Below are positions 29,963 to 40,237 of a DNA stretch of 64,000 bases, in pieces. The notes under the pieces were generated by a model. It had not been told where the DNA came from. It saw only the letters and a program-made list of their open reading frames with translations, and searched no databases. The position numbers and the translations under genes were made by a program. The stretch's first letter is position 1. Each line of letters opens with the position of its first letter. The stretch lies in the IMG/VR virus record IMGVR_UViG_3300050821_002957, positions 62,001 to 126,000 of that record; one strand, 5' to 3'.

Positions 29963-31519
29963 TCAGAACTGGATCAAAATTTTGGAATCCTCAATCTGAT
30001 CACTTGCACGCTCTACTGGACGACGATTTTCAAGATAAAGAATTTTACCAGAATACGGTAAAATATCCGGCTTGATGATACTTGCAATCGTAAAGACACT
30101 AGTATTATCTGGCGGTGTAGTCCAAGTCGTGCTTACCGTTGCTGTACGACTGATGCCCACATAAGCTGAAATAAGTCTCGTTTGACCACTACCTGTTCCT
30201 GCTGTAATCTTAATGGTCTGTCCGTTATAAAAACTATTGACACTCGATGCGCCAGCCGGAAACACAATGGTTGTTCCTGTGCCACTCGACGCTGTTGCTG
30301 CATAAGTCGAAAGAACACCTGTTGCATCTGCTCCAATAACCGTTTCGCCCGGTATAAAGGTTCCAAGACACTGAACCAGACGAAGAGTTTTTGCCGCAGG
30401 CCCATCAGGTACAACAGTAGTTGGGGTCCAATCAAGAACCACACCAGTCGCTCCACTAGTGCTGCCAGTCACAATTTCGTCAGGATTGAAAATGGTTCCA
30501 CTGACTGAACTAAAATTGAGTCGAACAGCCTGATCATAATCGGTAGCTGTTGCTGGATCGCCGCTGCCATCATTCAAAATTGGATTTGACAACAAACCAA
30601 GTACACGATAGTCGTTCGATACCGTAAAGTTTCCGTTTTCGTCATAGATCAACTGAACGTCAACTAACACATTGAAACCACCAAGCTCAGTGACCGGATC
30701 TGATCCATGACCACCAAAAGGACTGATTGTTGCCGTCGCCGTCGCACCGTTGGAAGACACACCACCATTCGTAATCGCTACGTTTGCATAGGTGTAACCG
30801 GAACCTGTTGCCGTCATATTGATGCCTGTCACGTTGCCGCCTGCAATTGTTGCTGTGGCCGTTGCACCAGTTCCATCTCCAGTAATCGTGATCGTCGGCA
30901 CCTGAGTGTACGATGTGCCTGCTGTTACGATATTGATTCGATCAACTGTTCCGGGAACTGCTGCCGTCTGGACTTGCCATTGAGACGATCCATCATTTGA
31001 TGCCAAAGTTGAAACCGGAATCCAATTGGTCGTGACGAAACTTACTACATCGGCTGAGTTGACCGTGTACATGTACTTCCACTGATAGCCATCTGCGCTC
31101 GTAACCACACTTGTCGAAGTTCCTGATGGTTGGACCGTCGAAGGCACTCCATTATTGTTGTTCAGACACTTATAAACCTGCAAATTGGTGTTGGTTACAT
31201 AAAATGGCGGATTTGGAGAAGCTGGATCGAACAAATCGATGGTATTGTCGTATTGTGAATAAGTCGTGTTGACCACCCAGGTATTTCTTGGAATAGCCAA
31301 ACTCACATTGTTTGCTGTGATGTTTTTAAGAGACAACATATTTCTATATGCTGTCGAAAGGTTTAACTCACAATCAATCGGTGACGGCGGCGAGTTATCA
31401 TCAACCCACGGCAATGTGCCAGCGATAAAAAGGTACATGTACTCACCTGACGTGGCAAAGCTGTCTTCAAACTGTGAAGCGGCGTAAATTCGGCAATTGG
31501 TTGTGACTATAGCAGCCAT
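29963..31519 (-). CDS. gp8: baseplate wedge subunit gp8
   Basis: VYKCLNNN...STVQP, DGYQWKYMY, GHGSDPV.ELG, YSG.ILYLENR.P..R..DQ.ED. Confidence 0.9.
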   Translation of the reverse strand: MAAIVTTNCRIYAASQFEDSFATSGEYMYLFIAGTLPWVDDNSPPSPIDCELNLSTAYRNMLSLKNITANNVSLAIPRNTWVVNTTYSQYDNTIDLFDPASPNPPFYVTNTNLQVYKCLNNNNGVPSTVQPSGTSTSVVTSADGYQWKYMYTVNSADVVSFVTTNWIPVSTLASNDGSSQWQVQTAAVPGTVDRINIVTAGTSYTQVPTITITGDGTGATATATIAGGNVTGINMTATGSGYTYANVAITNGGVSSNGATATATISPFGGHGSDPVTELGGFNVLVDVQLIYDENGNFTVSNDYRVLGLLSNPILNDGSGDPATATDYDQAVRLNFSSVSGTIFNPDEIVTGSTSGATGVVLDWTPTTVVPDGPAAKTLRLVQCLGTFIPGETVIGADATGVLSTYAATASSGTGTTIVFPAGASSVNSFYNGQTIKITAGTGSGQTRLISAYVGISRTATVSTTWTTPPDNTSVFTIASIIKPDILPYSGKILYLENRRPVERASDQIEDSKILIQF

Positions 31520-31546
31520 TTTTATTCTCCGTTCCTATTTAGTAAG

Positions 31547-34500
31547 CTAGGAAATGTGTGATACGCCTAAAATTGTCCGAGGCGTCGTGATCTGAATTCT
31601 TGAAACTCCGAGTTGGATCTGCAAATCCGTCGTTCGGATATCTGCACTACCTGCAATGGTCTTCGGTCCAGTTGTCACCTGAAGACGAGCAACACCGCTT
31701 TGTGTCTTGGCGGTTAAGATTGTGATTCTTGCTGTACCACTTTGTGTCTGAGTTGTTGCCGCAGTGATCAACGAGAGACCAATCATAGTTCTCTCATTAC
31801 CAGCAATCTGAATACGAGCCTTACCCAACTGTGTCAAGAACTCTGTCTTGTAGATGTCGGCGCTGCCCATGATATTATGAGCGTTATTGGAAACTGTGAT
31901 TCTTGTTACGCCGCTTTGAGTTTTGAGCGTCGTATTGCGGATTGCTGTATTTCCGATTTGTGTTCTATCTGTCGTATTGCGAAGGTTTGCCAATCCGGTA
32001 ATGACATGAGGCGTTGTGATCTGAAGACGAGACAAACCAGTAAGGGTCTGTGTTGCTCCATGTTGAATGTTTGCTGCACCAATCTGAGTTTGAACTGTTG
32101 TAACTTGAAGACGAGTCAAACCAGTAATAGTGTGTAATTCAGCACCACGTTGAATACGAGCTACACCATTCTGAGTCTTGAGACGAGTAAGTTTGAGGTA
32201 AGCGCCACCAAGCTGAGTCTGTTGTGTTGTTCTTCTGATTGCAGCGGAACCCTGTTGTGTCTGGGAAACTGTTCCAGCATTGAGGTTAACGCCACGCTCA
32301 TTGAACAATTCAACACTAAGCTGGTTATAAATGGTGTCTAGTTCATAATCAAACAAGGCACGATCATAAAAGAGCGCATAGGCCAAATATCCATCAAAAT
32401 AGCCCATTGTCGTCGGACTTGCAGATACTTCGGTCTGACCAAATTTACTTGAACCAAAAGTCGAATTTTTAAACAATGCAGCATTCTGAGCCACCGGAAC
32501 AAATTCTACCGAAGGCTGACCAAAATACCATCCATCTGAATTTGTAGTTGGATTGATCGGATAGGTAGAAAATGTCGCCGAAATACTATCTGTCGTCTGA
32601 AGAGTCTGAACCGTTTCGACGTTACCAGTGATAATCCCGTCATTGAAGCGCAAAGCCGCCATGAAGAAGTTTCCACTTCCGATGGATGCTGGTGGGAAAT
32701 TAACGGTTTCTTCTACGCCGTCATATCGTGCTCGGAAAGAGACTGCGCCGCCTGTTCTTAGATCGATTGCAAATCCGTTATTACCGGAATCTGGAATCAT
32801 GCCAACCAAAGTGGTGTTTTGGCTGACATCATTAGCACTGGCAATGACTACGACAGTGCATTCTTTCAAATTGACAGGAACACCAGTTGCATTTACAATT
32901 TCGCTGTTGGTCGCATTAAGATGGACACCCTGACTTACAAAGGTTCCATCGTTAGACTCAGACAGAATACTTGTACCTAAAGTGCCATCATACGGCTCAG
33001 TACCGGAATAATTTGGGCTAACATTATAGACGATTTGCGGATTGATACCTTCCAAAAACGAATAGATGACTTGATTTCCAACGGCTGGAATGGATTGTTG
33101 GTTATTAGTGATCAACAACGAACTGTCTATACAAATGTTCGAGCGAATGCTACGTGGGTCAGTGAGCACGTCGCCAATCACAAGATTTGCGAACATACTT
33201 AACTGTGTATTACCATAACCACCAAGACTTCCGGCCCAGTAATTTTGATTTGGCGATGGGTAAGTCTCGTTGAATCCTTCGTAAGGAGGGAATCCTATGA
33301 AACGAAATTGAGAAAGCGTACCAAGATTCGGACCAAGAACACCAACTTCAGTGAGTGAGTTACCATTTGTGATCACCACGTAGGCGTCTGCATTGATCTT
33401 CGTGCGGCGTTCTGGGAAATTGATGATCGAGCCAATGACTACGTTCTGAAAATTACTGATTTGCGTATTACCAGGACCATTAGTGCTCCAGTAGTTTTGG
33501 TTCGGAAATGGATAAATCCGATTGAACGTATAGTTTGGTGGGAATGCATAGAACTTCATTGCATCCAAATCTTTGTTTCGAGCACCTACCACACAAGGAG
33601 TCAGAGTGTTGAATTGCAGCGTGAACGTATTGTCTACTTCAAGGGATAGATCAAAAAATTTAACTCCAATAAGAAGAGTAAAGACACGAACAAGCTCCAA
33701 AAAATTGGTTTCTGGCTCATTGAACGAAACAACGGTTCCGAACATTTTAAGCCCAGCCGGATGCAACAACGTTTTTACGATGTCACGGTACTTGTCGATA
33801 GTCTCACCAACTCGCAAGTCATATGAAAAATCTTGCCAGTAAAACGAATCTTGAATGATCTTATTTGAGCTTGCAAAGCTGTCCGTTGTGGTCGGTGCAT
33901 CTCCAATTCCACCTGCTTTGCCCGGAAGCCACATTCCTGCGGTATTAGCAGTAATTCCCAACATCGGAGGTAAGACTGCGCCGGAACCTTCTGCTGTATG
34001 AATGGTCACCGTTGGATTGGTCAAGAAACCCAAACCAAAATTTGTAATTGCAATCGATTGAATTCCGCCCTTTACGTGAGTGATCGAATATTCAGTAGTG
34101 CCATCCGGGATTACCGTCCAGGCCGTAGCGACCGTAGCTACCTTAGTTGTGCCATTGTACGAGACGATTGTATTGCGTTGGCCTTGACCTGTGCCGCCAA
34201 TCAAATCGATTTCATCGCCTGCAAAAAAATTGTCTTGAGTAGGTGAATTGGCCGACAACAAAATTTGTGTTGCGTTTAAAAGATCACCACTGGAAAAATC
34301 TGAGTGTACATCCGAAAAATAATAAAGACCAGGGATACAAACACCATCCGTCTGTGGATCGGGATTTGTGTTCACAGTATCATCTGGACCAAAATATGGT
34401 TCCAAATAAAATGTCGTCGGAGGAGGCTGGCAACCACCGACATAGATCGTCTGAAAAATTGACGTAATGACAGCCGTCGCCGGGGCCAGTTCTCCACCAC

Positions 34501-35578
34501 CACTGATCGTGATAGTTTCGCCTACCTGATAGTTTTCCCCTGGCGTGTTAATTAGAAGCTGCTGGAGCAATTGATAAGCCTGCTCCCACTGAACGTCCGT
34601 CGATGGCTCTTCAAGGTCTTGTACGTCGCCTAAATCGCTTTGCGGGGGTGGTGCGACAGGATAGGAAATCTTGACTTGTTCTGGAAGATTTGTATTTGGA
34701 TCGATCTGAAATGTGCCATTGACGCTCGAAAGGGTCAATTCAGTAATCGTTCCCCCAGCGACATATTGTTGTGTTGCAGATTCGACACTTGCAGTTGCGC
34801 CCGAATAGACACCAACCAATTGACGATTTACGTATCCGAATGTATCCGTCGTTGTCGTGGTCTTCATGATGGTCTGAACGTACCAAACTCCATCAGAAGC
34901 CCGGAACAAGTCAACCTTTGGATAGTAAAACTCCATCTCCTGGTTGAAAAGAATACGGAACAAGAAACGGAAAGAATTTTCAGTGCCTCGTGCTTGATAA
35001 AAATCTTTAATGTGTTTCAGGATGTTTCGTTTGTCAGCCAGGATGTTACCTGGAATCTCGTACATGAAATCATCACGGAAGTAGTCGATAAACCGATCAA
35101 TTGTGGTGTCAATGTCTCGGTACTGAAGCAAAGTTCGAGGATAGAGAGCATCACGAATCGAAATCCTGGTGTTCGGCAACGGAATAAACGAAGAGTCCCA
35201 GGCATCGACCGTCGCAATCATAGTGACAGGATCGTATGCAGTAATTTTTCTGGTGTAACCTTTCGTCGGGCCGTTGGTACAGACTACATGCATTCCTACA
35301 TAAGCGTCGATTTTCGTAGAAGGTGCATTCAAAGCGATATTTGATGAAACCTCTAGCGGAATAGGATTCAAAGTTACAGACGTAAGCGTGGCATCAATAA
35401 TTTTGCAGGCGTATGCTTCTTCACCATTCTTTTCCAACCATTCATAATATGCTTTCAAAAACGCAATGAACGTAGGATCAGCATCACGAACAAAGTCAGG
35501 AAGCTGTGTCTCGATGATTTGTGAGATCGTTCTTTGCGGATTAGGAAGACTCAGTGGGAGCGAAGGAATTGTTGGCAT
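31547..35578 (-). CDS. gp7: baseplate wedge initiator gp7 with LamG-like domain and C-terminal 14-aa repeats
   Basis: QLPDFVR...FI.FLKAYYEWLE, KDFY.ARGT..S..FLFRILF, IQDS.YWQDFSY, LLHPAG.K.FG. Confidence 0.88.
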   Translation of the reverse strand: MPTIPSLPLSLPNPQRTISQIIETQLPDFVRDADPTFIAFLKAYYEWLEKNGEEAYACKIIDATLTSVTLNPIPLEVSSNIALNAPSTKIDAYVGMHVVCTNGPTKGYTRKITAYDPVTMIATVDAWDSSFIPLPNTRISIRDALYPRTLLQYRDIDTTIDRFIDYFRDDFMYEIPGNILADKRNILKHIKDFYQARGTENSFRFLFRILFNQEMEFYYPKVDLFRASDGVWYVQTIMKTTTTTDTFGYVNRQLVGVYSGATASVESATQQYVAGGTITELTLSSVNGTFQIDPNTNLPEQVKISYPVAPPPQSDLGDVQDLEEPSTDVQWEQAYQLLQQLLINTPGENYQVGETITISGGGELAPATAVITSIFQTIYVGGCQPPPTTFYLEPYFGPDDTVNTNPDPQTDGVCIPGLYYFSDVHSDFSSGDLLNATQILLSANSPTQDNFFAGDEIDLIGGTGQGQRNTIVSYNGTTKVATVATAWTVIPDGTTEYSITHVKGGIQSIAITNFGLGFLTNPTVTIHTAEGSGAVLPPMLGITANTAGMWLPGKAGGIGDAPTTTDSFASSNKIIQDSFYWQDFSYDLRVGETIDKYRDIVKTLLHPAGLKMFGTVVSFNEPETNFLELVRVFTLLIGVKFFDLSLEVDNTFTLQFNTLTPCVVGARNKDLDAMKFYAFPPNYTFNRIYPFPNQNYWSTNGPGNTQISNFQNVVIGSIINFPERRTKINADAYVVITNGNSLTEVGVLGPNLGTLSQFRFIGFPPYEGFNETYPSPNQNYWAGSLGGYGNTQLSMFANLVIGDVLTDPRSIRSNICIDSSLLITNNQQSIPAVGNQVIYSFLEGINPQIVYNVSPNYSGTEPYDGTLGTSILSESNDGTFVSQGVHLNATNSEIVNATGVPVNLKECTVVVIASANDVSQNTTLVGMIPDSGNNGFAIDLRTGGAVSFRARYDGVEETVNFPPASIGSGNFFMAALRFNDGIITGNVETVQTLQTTDSISATFSTYPINPTTNSDGWYFGQPSVEFVPVAQNAALFKNSTFGSSKFGQTEVSASPTTMGYFDGYLAYALFYDRALFDYELDTIYNQLSVELFNERGVNLNAGTVSQTQQGSAAIRRTTQQTQLGGAYLKLTRLKTQNGVARIQRGAELHTITGLTRLQVTTVQTQIGAANIQHGATQTLTGLSRLQITTPHVITGLANLRNTTDRTQIGNTAIRNTTLKTQSGVTRITVSNNAHNIMGSADIYKTEFLTQLGKARIQIAGNERTMIGLSLITAATTQTQSGTARITILTAKTQSGVARLQVTTGPKTIAGSADIRTTDLQIQLGVSRIQITTPRTILGVSHIS

Positions 35579-35586
35579 TGCTTACC

Positions 35587-37410
35587 TTACAAAACAGTGG
35601 TCGTCGGGACCGGAACAGCTACGACCGCAACATCTGTCGGCTGAATGAAGAGAATATTGTTGAGGCTTGGTGACACATCATTCAGTTGTGGAGTCATGAT
35701 CAAATTAATGTTTCCATTTGCGTTCGCCTGATACGGCATGAACGAAGTCAAATTTAGAACTCCATTCGTATAATCGACAGTCCCCACTTTTCTGACCGAA
35801 GTCGTCGCAATACCAATTCCTTGCTGAAACAAAAGTAAATTACCATTTCTGTCGTCATTGATATAGTATGTGTTTCCATTTTGATACGGAACCAAAAGCA
35901 ATGGATCTTGAACGACAACGAATGTACTTGAAGTCACCGATCCCGGCAGAATTGCATTGTAAGTTTGGAACGTATAGTTCGTCGCAACGTTCAATACTGG
36001 CTGAAACTGTTTGTACATTTGAATCGAAGTCTGGTTATTGGTAATGCTCGGATCGCTGTTGTCGATTGCCGCCAGGAGCTTCGAGTAACGAAATTCCAAA
36101 TTGAACTTATCCAGATCAGAGGTTGCATAGTTTACGATTGCATTGTACGCCCCGGTCTGAATGTCACCATCGGTCTTAAAAGTGTTCGCTGGGTTATACT
36201 TGACCGAACAATTTACGATAATGAACGTATAGTCAGGGTCAACAAACTCAGGAATTACGGAAACTATGTTGTATTGTCTGATGATATTATTGACGACCAA
36301 AGTCTTTGCTGCTTCAGTGATGACAAAACCATCTACTGGTTTGATCGAAATGAAAACTTTTCCATATTGTGGCGGAACTGCATCCTCGCCGCCCCACACC
36401 GTGCATGAGTCAGTATTTGTATATTGTTGAGTGATCGTCAGAATATAGTCAGACACCGTAACTGCTCGACCCTGCGCCTGATAGTTCTTGGGAGCCGTAA
36501 ATCGAATTTCATCGGTTGTCTCGGGATCTAATCCGCCAGCCGCAGGAATAAGCGTCGTAACTGTCGTGAGATTTTGTGGGTAACCTGCCAATGGTGCGGT
36601 CGGATAGAACGTCGTAGCACTATTTGCAACAGAACCATCTGACAAAATGTAATCGATGATGATAATGTTGCCGTCAACTAGAGCTTGACCAATGACACCA
36701 TCGCCAAAGACAAGTTCAAACTGCTGATTCTCAACTTCTTGTAAAAAGTAAGCCGTTGTTGTGCTGGTCAGCGTGATTAAGTCAGTCGCCAGAACAAAGG
36801 TCGTAAGCGTCGTGTCCGTCGTAGAATTTTGAACACGAACCGAAAGCGTAGAAGTATCGATACTCGGGTTCGGTAGAATAAATCTTTGGTTTGGAATCGA
36901 ATTGTCTACCGTGATTCTGAACGTATAAGCCAATCCTTCGATCAACGTAATATTTGGAAAATAATACTTGCCGCTGGAAAGTGTCGCTCCATAGGTCGCC
37001 GCCGCCACAAAATTGTAAGTCGTTCCGTCCACGTTTGCAGAAAATGGTGTGTTTTGCTCGATCACTGCGACCGGAGCCGAATTATTTGAAGTGATTGTTA
37101 CACTGATGTTCGCCTGGGCGCTGGTGACCGAACGTGGTGTATAGTTCAACATCTTCGCCAATGAGACAACCGAAGAGCGCAAATTGGCCGAATCCAAGAA
37201 CATTTCATTACCAATCATGTTCATGTAAAAGCCAAAGTAATGTGTATTGTACGTCAGGATGTCAAGAAGTACGGCAAGGCCAGATCCTTCAAAATCATAA
37301 TCTTTGAAGACTGCCTGACTACGAAGGTAATCTCGCAGCGACATCTTGATCGTGTCAAAATCAAGGTATCCAATATTCAGCTTTGAGGAAGTCGCAGGTG
37401 CATTAGGCAT
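35587..37410 (-). CDS. gp6: baseplate wedge subunit gp6
   Basis: LDFD.IK.SL..YL..Q..F.DYDFEGS, FLDSA.LRSSVVSLAK, Q.RAVT..DY, WGGED. Confidence 0.95.
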   Translation of the reverse strand: MPNAPATSSKLNIGYLDFDTIKMSLRDYLRSQAVFKDYDFEGSGLAVLLDILTYNTHYFGFYMNMIGNEMFLDSANLRSSVVSLAKMLNYTPRSVTSAQANISVTITSNNSAPVAVIEQNTPFSANVDGTTYNFVAAATYGATLSSGKYYFPNITLIEGLAYTFRITVDNSIPNQRFILPNPSIDTSTLSVRVQNSTTDTTLTTFVLATDLITLTSTTTAYFLQEVENQQFELVFGDGVIGQALVDGNIIIIDYILSDGSVANSATTFYPTAPLAGYPQNLTTVTTLIPAAGGLDPETTDEIRFTAPKNYQAQGRAVTVSDYILTITQQYTNTDSCTVWGGEDAVPPQYGKVFISIKPVDGFVITEAAKTLVVNNIIRQYNIVSVIPEFVDPDYTFIIVNCSVKYNPANTFKTDGDIQTGAYNAIVNYATSDLDKFNLEFRYSKLLAAIDNSDPSITNNQTSIQMYKQFQPVLNVATNYTFQTYNAILPGSVTSSTFVVVQDPLLLVPYQNGNTYYINDDRNGNLLLFQQGIGIATTSVRKVGTVDYTNGVLNLTSFMPYQANANGNINLIMTPQLNDVSPSLNNILFIQPTDVAVVAVPVPTTTVL

Positions 37411-37411
37411 G

Positions 37412-37825
37412 TTATCTCAATCTCTCAAGGAAAAAATCTACGGTCTGTAAGTCTCGAACATTCAACACATAAAATGTAATCGTTGCGTTGTATCCGTTGT
37501 TGTCCGGGTCCGCAACTACCGCAACCGTTTGCAGTTGGACTCGCTTCTCAAAATTTGTGATCACATTTTGTATTGAAGTTTTAATGCCCAATGCCGTGAT
37601 CGGACTGATGTTTTCAAACAAAAGTGCTGTCGCATTGCAGCCGATCTCTGGATGAAACGGGCGCTCATAGTTTTTTGTCAAAACTAGATTCACCACGGCT
37701 TGCTTCACAGCATCGGCATCGTACAGAATACCGATATCTTTTCGCACTGGATTGGCGATAAAGGAAAGGTTTAGATCAGAGTAACGATTGGTGATAGTCT
37801 GCGGCACAAGACTATTTAGTGCCAC
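37412..37825 (-). CDS. gp25: baseplate wedge subunit gp25 (true start may be GTG at 37807)
   Basis: YSDL.LSF..NP...AVKQAV.NLVLT..YERPFHP.IG...LLFE...FLERLR; late promoter at 37813-37819. Confidence 0.93.
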   Translation of the reverse strand: MALNSLVPQTITNRYSDLNLSFIANPVRKDIGILYDADAVKQAVVNLVLTKNYERPFHPEIGCNATALLFENISPITALGIKTSIQNVITNFEKRVQLQTVAVVADPDNNGYNATITFYVLNVRDLQTVDFFLERLR

Positions 37826-37840
37826 TGACTTGCGAGGATA

Positions 37841-38266
37841 TTAAGGCTTGTACTGTTCCAAAATGTTAGGAAGCCAGAACATGTTGTGTCTGTCCCGGAG
37901 TGGTAGCCATTTGTTCACTTTGTCGGTGGTGTTGTGATTACCTACATCCAATAGCGCCATTTTTTCAATACCAACATCAAGAAGGGCCACGGCGAGCACA
38001 CTTACAGGAACGTCGTTTGGATTTGCGTACTTTTCTTCAAACGGAGTTGCCATCAACCGTCGAAAGTATATGCCGATCTTACCAGAATAAAGATCCTGAT
38101 CGAACTTTAGACATTCCATTAGCAATTTGTACGGTGGGGAATTACGTGCGGCCAGAATAAAATTTCTAGTTCCGGCAACCACTTCAATCTCGACCGCAAA
38201 CTGAACTGTAGTAAGCTCTTTGATCGCTGCTCTCAGCTTCTCGTCGTACTCATCGGTGGGTAACAT
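37841..38266 (-). CDS. hypothetical protein
   Basis: ORF MLPTDEYDE... Confidence 0.6.
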   Translation of the reverse strand: MLPTDEYDEKLRAAIKELTTVQFAVEIEVVAGTRNFILAARNSPPYKLLMECLKFDQDLYSGKIGIYFRRLMATPFEEKYANPNDVPVSVLAVALLDVGIEKMALLDVGNHNTTDKVNKWLPLRDRHNMFWLPNILEQYKP

Positions 38267-38615
38267 GATGTACCAGGGCAACGATGAACCCAATCACCGC
38301 TGCTGTCGTCAAAACTTTTGCGATCCGAACGCTCACGTCGCCATCCCGGTAGAAAAATCCGATGTCCGACACACGTAAGTACAAACCAGTCGCTTGATAG
38401 AACACAAATCGAAATACTCGAAATGGTATGCAGACAATCCACCAAATGATCCGAAACGGAAGTGTCACGAGAAACCAGAGCACTTCCATCATATGGCTAC
38501 CACACCACCAAAGACCAATCAACAAGATCGCAGCAAGCTCAAAAACAAATTTGAGGTTGAAAAGAATGACCAATCCAATGATAACAGCAATGATGACAGA
38601 TATCGTAAGCAGCAT
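38250..38615 (-). CDS. hydrophobic membrane protein
   Basis: Several TM-like segments. Confidence 0.6.
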   Translation of the reverse strand: MLLTISVIIAVIIGLVILFNLKFVFELAAILLIGLWWCGSHMMEVLWFLVTLPFRIIWWIVCIPFRVFRFVFYQATGLYLRVSDIGFFYRDGDVSVRIAKVLTTAAVIGFIVALVHHVTHR

Positions 38616-38633
38616 GTTAACAATTATATCAGA

Positions 38634-40220
38634 TCAACAATCGCTTTGGTTTGGACAGGTCGTCGGATTCACATCAGGCTGCGTTTCCTTCACCGGCTCT
38701 GGACCAGTTTCGTTTCTGGTTTCGATGATGCCAGTCGGGTCCGGGAAGGGAGGAATGACCGGCGCTGAAGGCGATCCAGGAGAAGATGGACTGCTCGGAC
38801 TGTGTGGCGAACCTGGATGCGGACTACCAGATGGAGTCACAATTGCATTTGCTAACCACGTCCATCCACCAGCACCACCAACAATAGCCGAAGCGGTCAC
38901 ACCAAACTGACCTCCCGCCGAAGATTCAATTTCACCATCGGCATTCATTTCAATCGTAGCGGCGCTTTCAGAATAGGAACCACCGATTTTCACATCGTAA
39001 CTGCCGCCAGCACTCAACGAATCAGAATCACCAATGTTCGTCGTTCTGGAATCGCCAATGTGCAACGTCTCTCCGTTACCAATTTTTGTAGTTCGACCAT
39101 CACCAATATTCACGGTCTCCCCGTTGCCGATATTTGTGGTCCGTCCTTCGCCCACGTCCAATTCTTCCGATTCAGCAATTCGGACGATACGCTTTCCACC
39201 GATATCAGTAAAATAATCACCACCGATCTTCTCAGTATAGTCGCCCTGGACATGGACATTCATATCACCATCGGCTTGAACATTGATGGTATCTTGGCAA
39301 TAAAAATTCACTTCACCACGTACTGTGACGTTCAGCGTATTTTGGTGCTGGATGTATGAATTCTCCATGTGAATTTCAAAAGTCTTCCCGACGATCTTCA
39401 TTCCAAAATCGCCACTCAGACCAGGATTGTCTTCTTGTCCAGTTCCAATTTCGATGTACGTACCAGAACGATGATAGATGTGAATTCGTTCGGCATTCGG
39501 TGTATCGTCAACTTCCAAAATATGACCAGACTCCGATTCATAGACGTGATTGTACGGATAAGCAGAGTCGTACCCCGGCAATGGTTCGTTGAATTGTCGG
39601 CCAGGAGTCGTATGAGCAAATGCAATAGGAACACCAACTGCACGCTGTCTCTGTCGAACGCCAATGATCGTATCGCTAATATTTTCTGCTCGGGCGAGAC
39701 GGTTCACATCCGATTCGCCAATGATGCAACCCCAAGGATGAGTTTGGCGGGGATACAACGATGCCTGTGACTCGTTTGTGTTCTGTGCGCCGGTTCCGTC
39801 ATTCGGATAATAACGAATACGAGTCTTCCTTGGTGCATTTTGAAGATCGTGGAATGGTGTGGACGGATCGTAGAACCCAATGCAAGGTTGTGGCTGCTCT
39901 TCGGGAATGCCAGCAATGGTTCCAAGCACGACTGGATCTTGAGCACTTTCATTATCTTTGAAAAATCCCCAGACCCATGTTCCTTCTGCTGGTCCTGTCG
40001 GAGAGTGACCAAGGCCATTCATTGCCTGATTCCAAGTAATTGGCTGATAGACGTAAGCCCATTGCAATTCGCACGTCGGAATCAACTGCTTGTTTTCTGT
40101 ATGTGCTCCCAAAATGCGAACACGTAGCCGACCCAACATAACTGGATCATTACGATCTTCGACAACTCCCATCCACCAGTAGAAGGAGTCTTTGCCCATA
40201 AAATTCGGCTCTATCTTCAT
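38634..40220 (-). CDS. gp5: baseplate hub/spike gp5 (OB-fold plus beta-helix, no lysozyme domain)
   Basis: WWMGVVEDRNDP..LGRLRVRILG.H, EGTWVWGFF.D, YPYNHVYESESGH..E.DDTP..ERI..YHRSGT; 8-residue beta-helix repeats. Confidence 0.93.
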   Translation of the reverse strand: MKIEPNFMGKDSFYWWMGVVEDRNDPVMLGRLRVRILGAHTENKQLIPTCELQWAYVYQPITWNQAMNGLGHSPTGPAEGTWVWGFFKDNESAQDPVVLGTIAGIPEEQPQPCIGFYDPSTPFHDLQNAPRKTRIRYYPNDGTGAQNTNESQASLYPRQTHPWGCIIGESDVNRLARAENISDTIIGVRQRQRAVGVPIAFAHTTPGRQFNEPLPGYDSAYPYNHVYESESGHILEVDDTPNAERIHIYHRSGTYIEIGTGQEDNPGLSGDFGMKIVGKTFEIHMENSYIQHQNTLNVTVRGEVNFYCQDTINVQADGDMNVHVQGDYTEKIGGDYFTDIGGKRIVRIAESEELDVGEGRTTNIGNGETVNIGDGRTTKIGNGETLHIGDSRTTNIGDSDSLSAGGSYDVKIGGSYSESAATIEMNADGEIESSAGGQFGVTASAIVGGAGGWTWLANAIVTPSGSPHPGSPHSPSSPSSPGSPSAPVIPPFPDPTGIIETRNETGPEPVKETQPDVNPTTCPNQSDC

Positions 40221-40237
40221 GCACATATATAGTGGTG

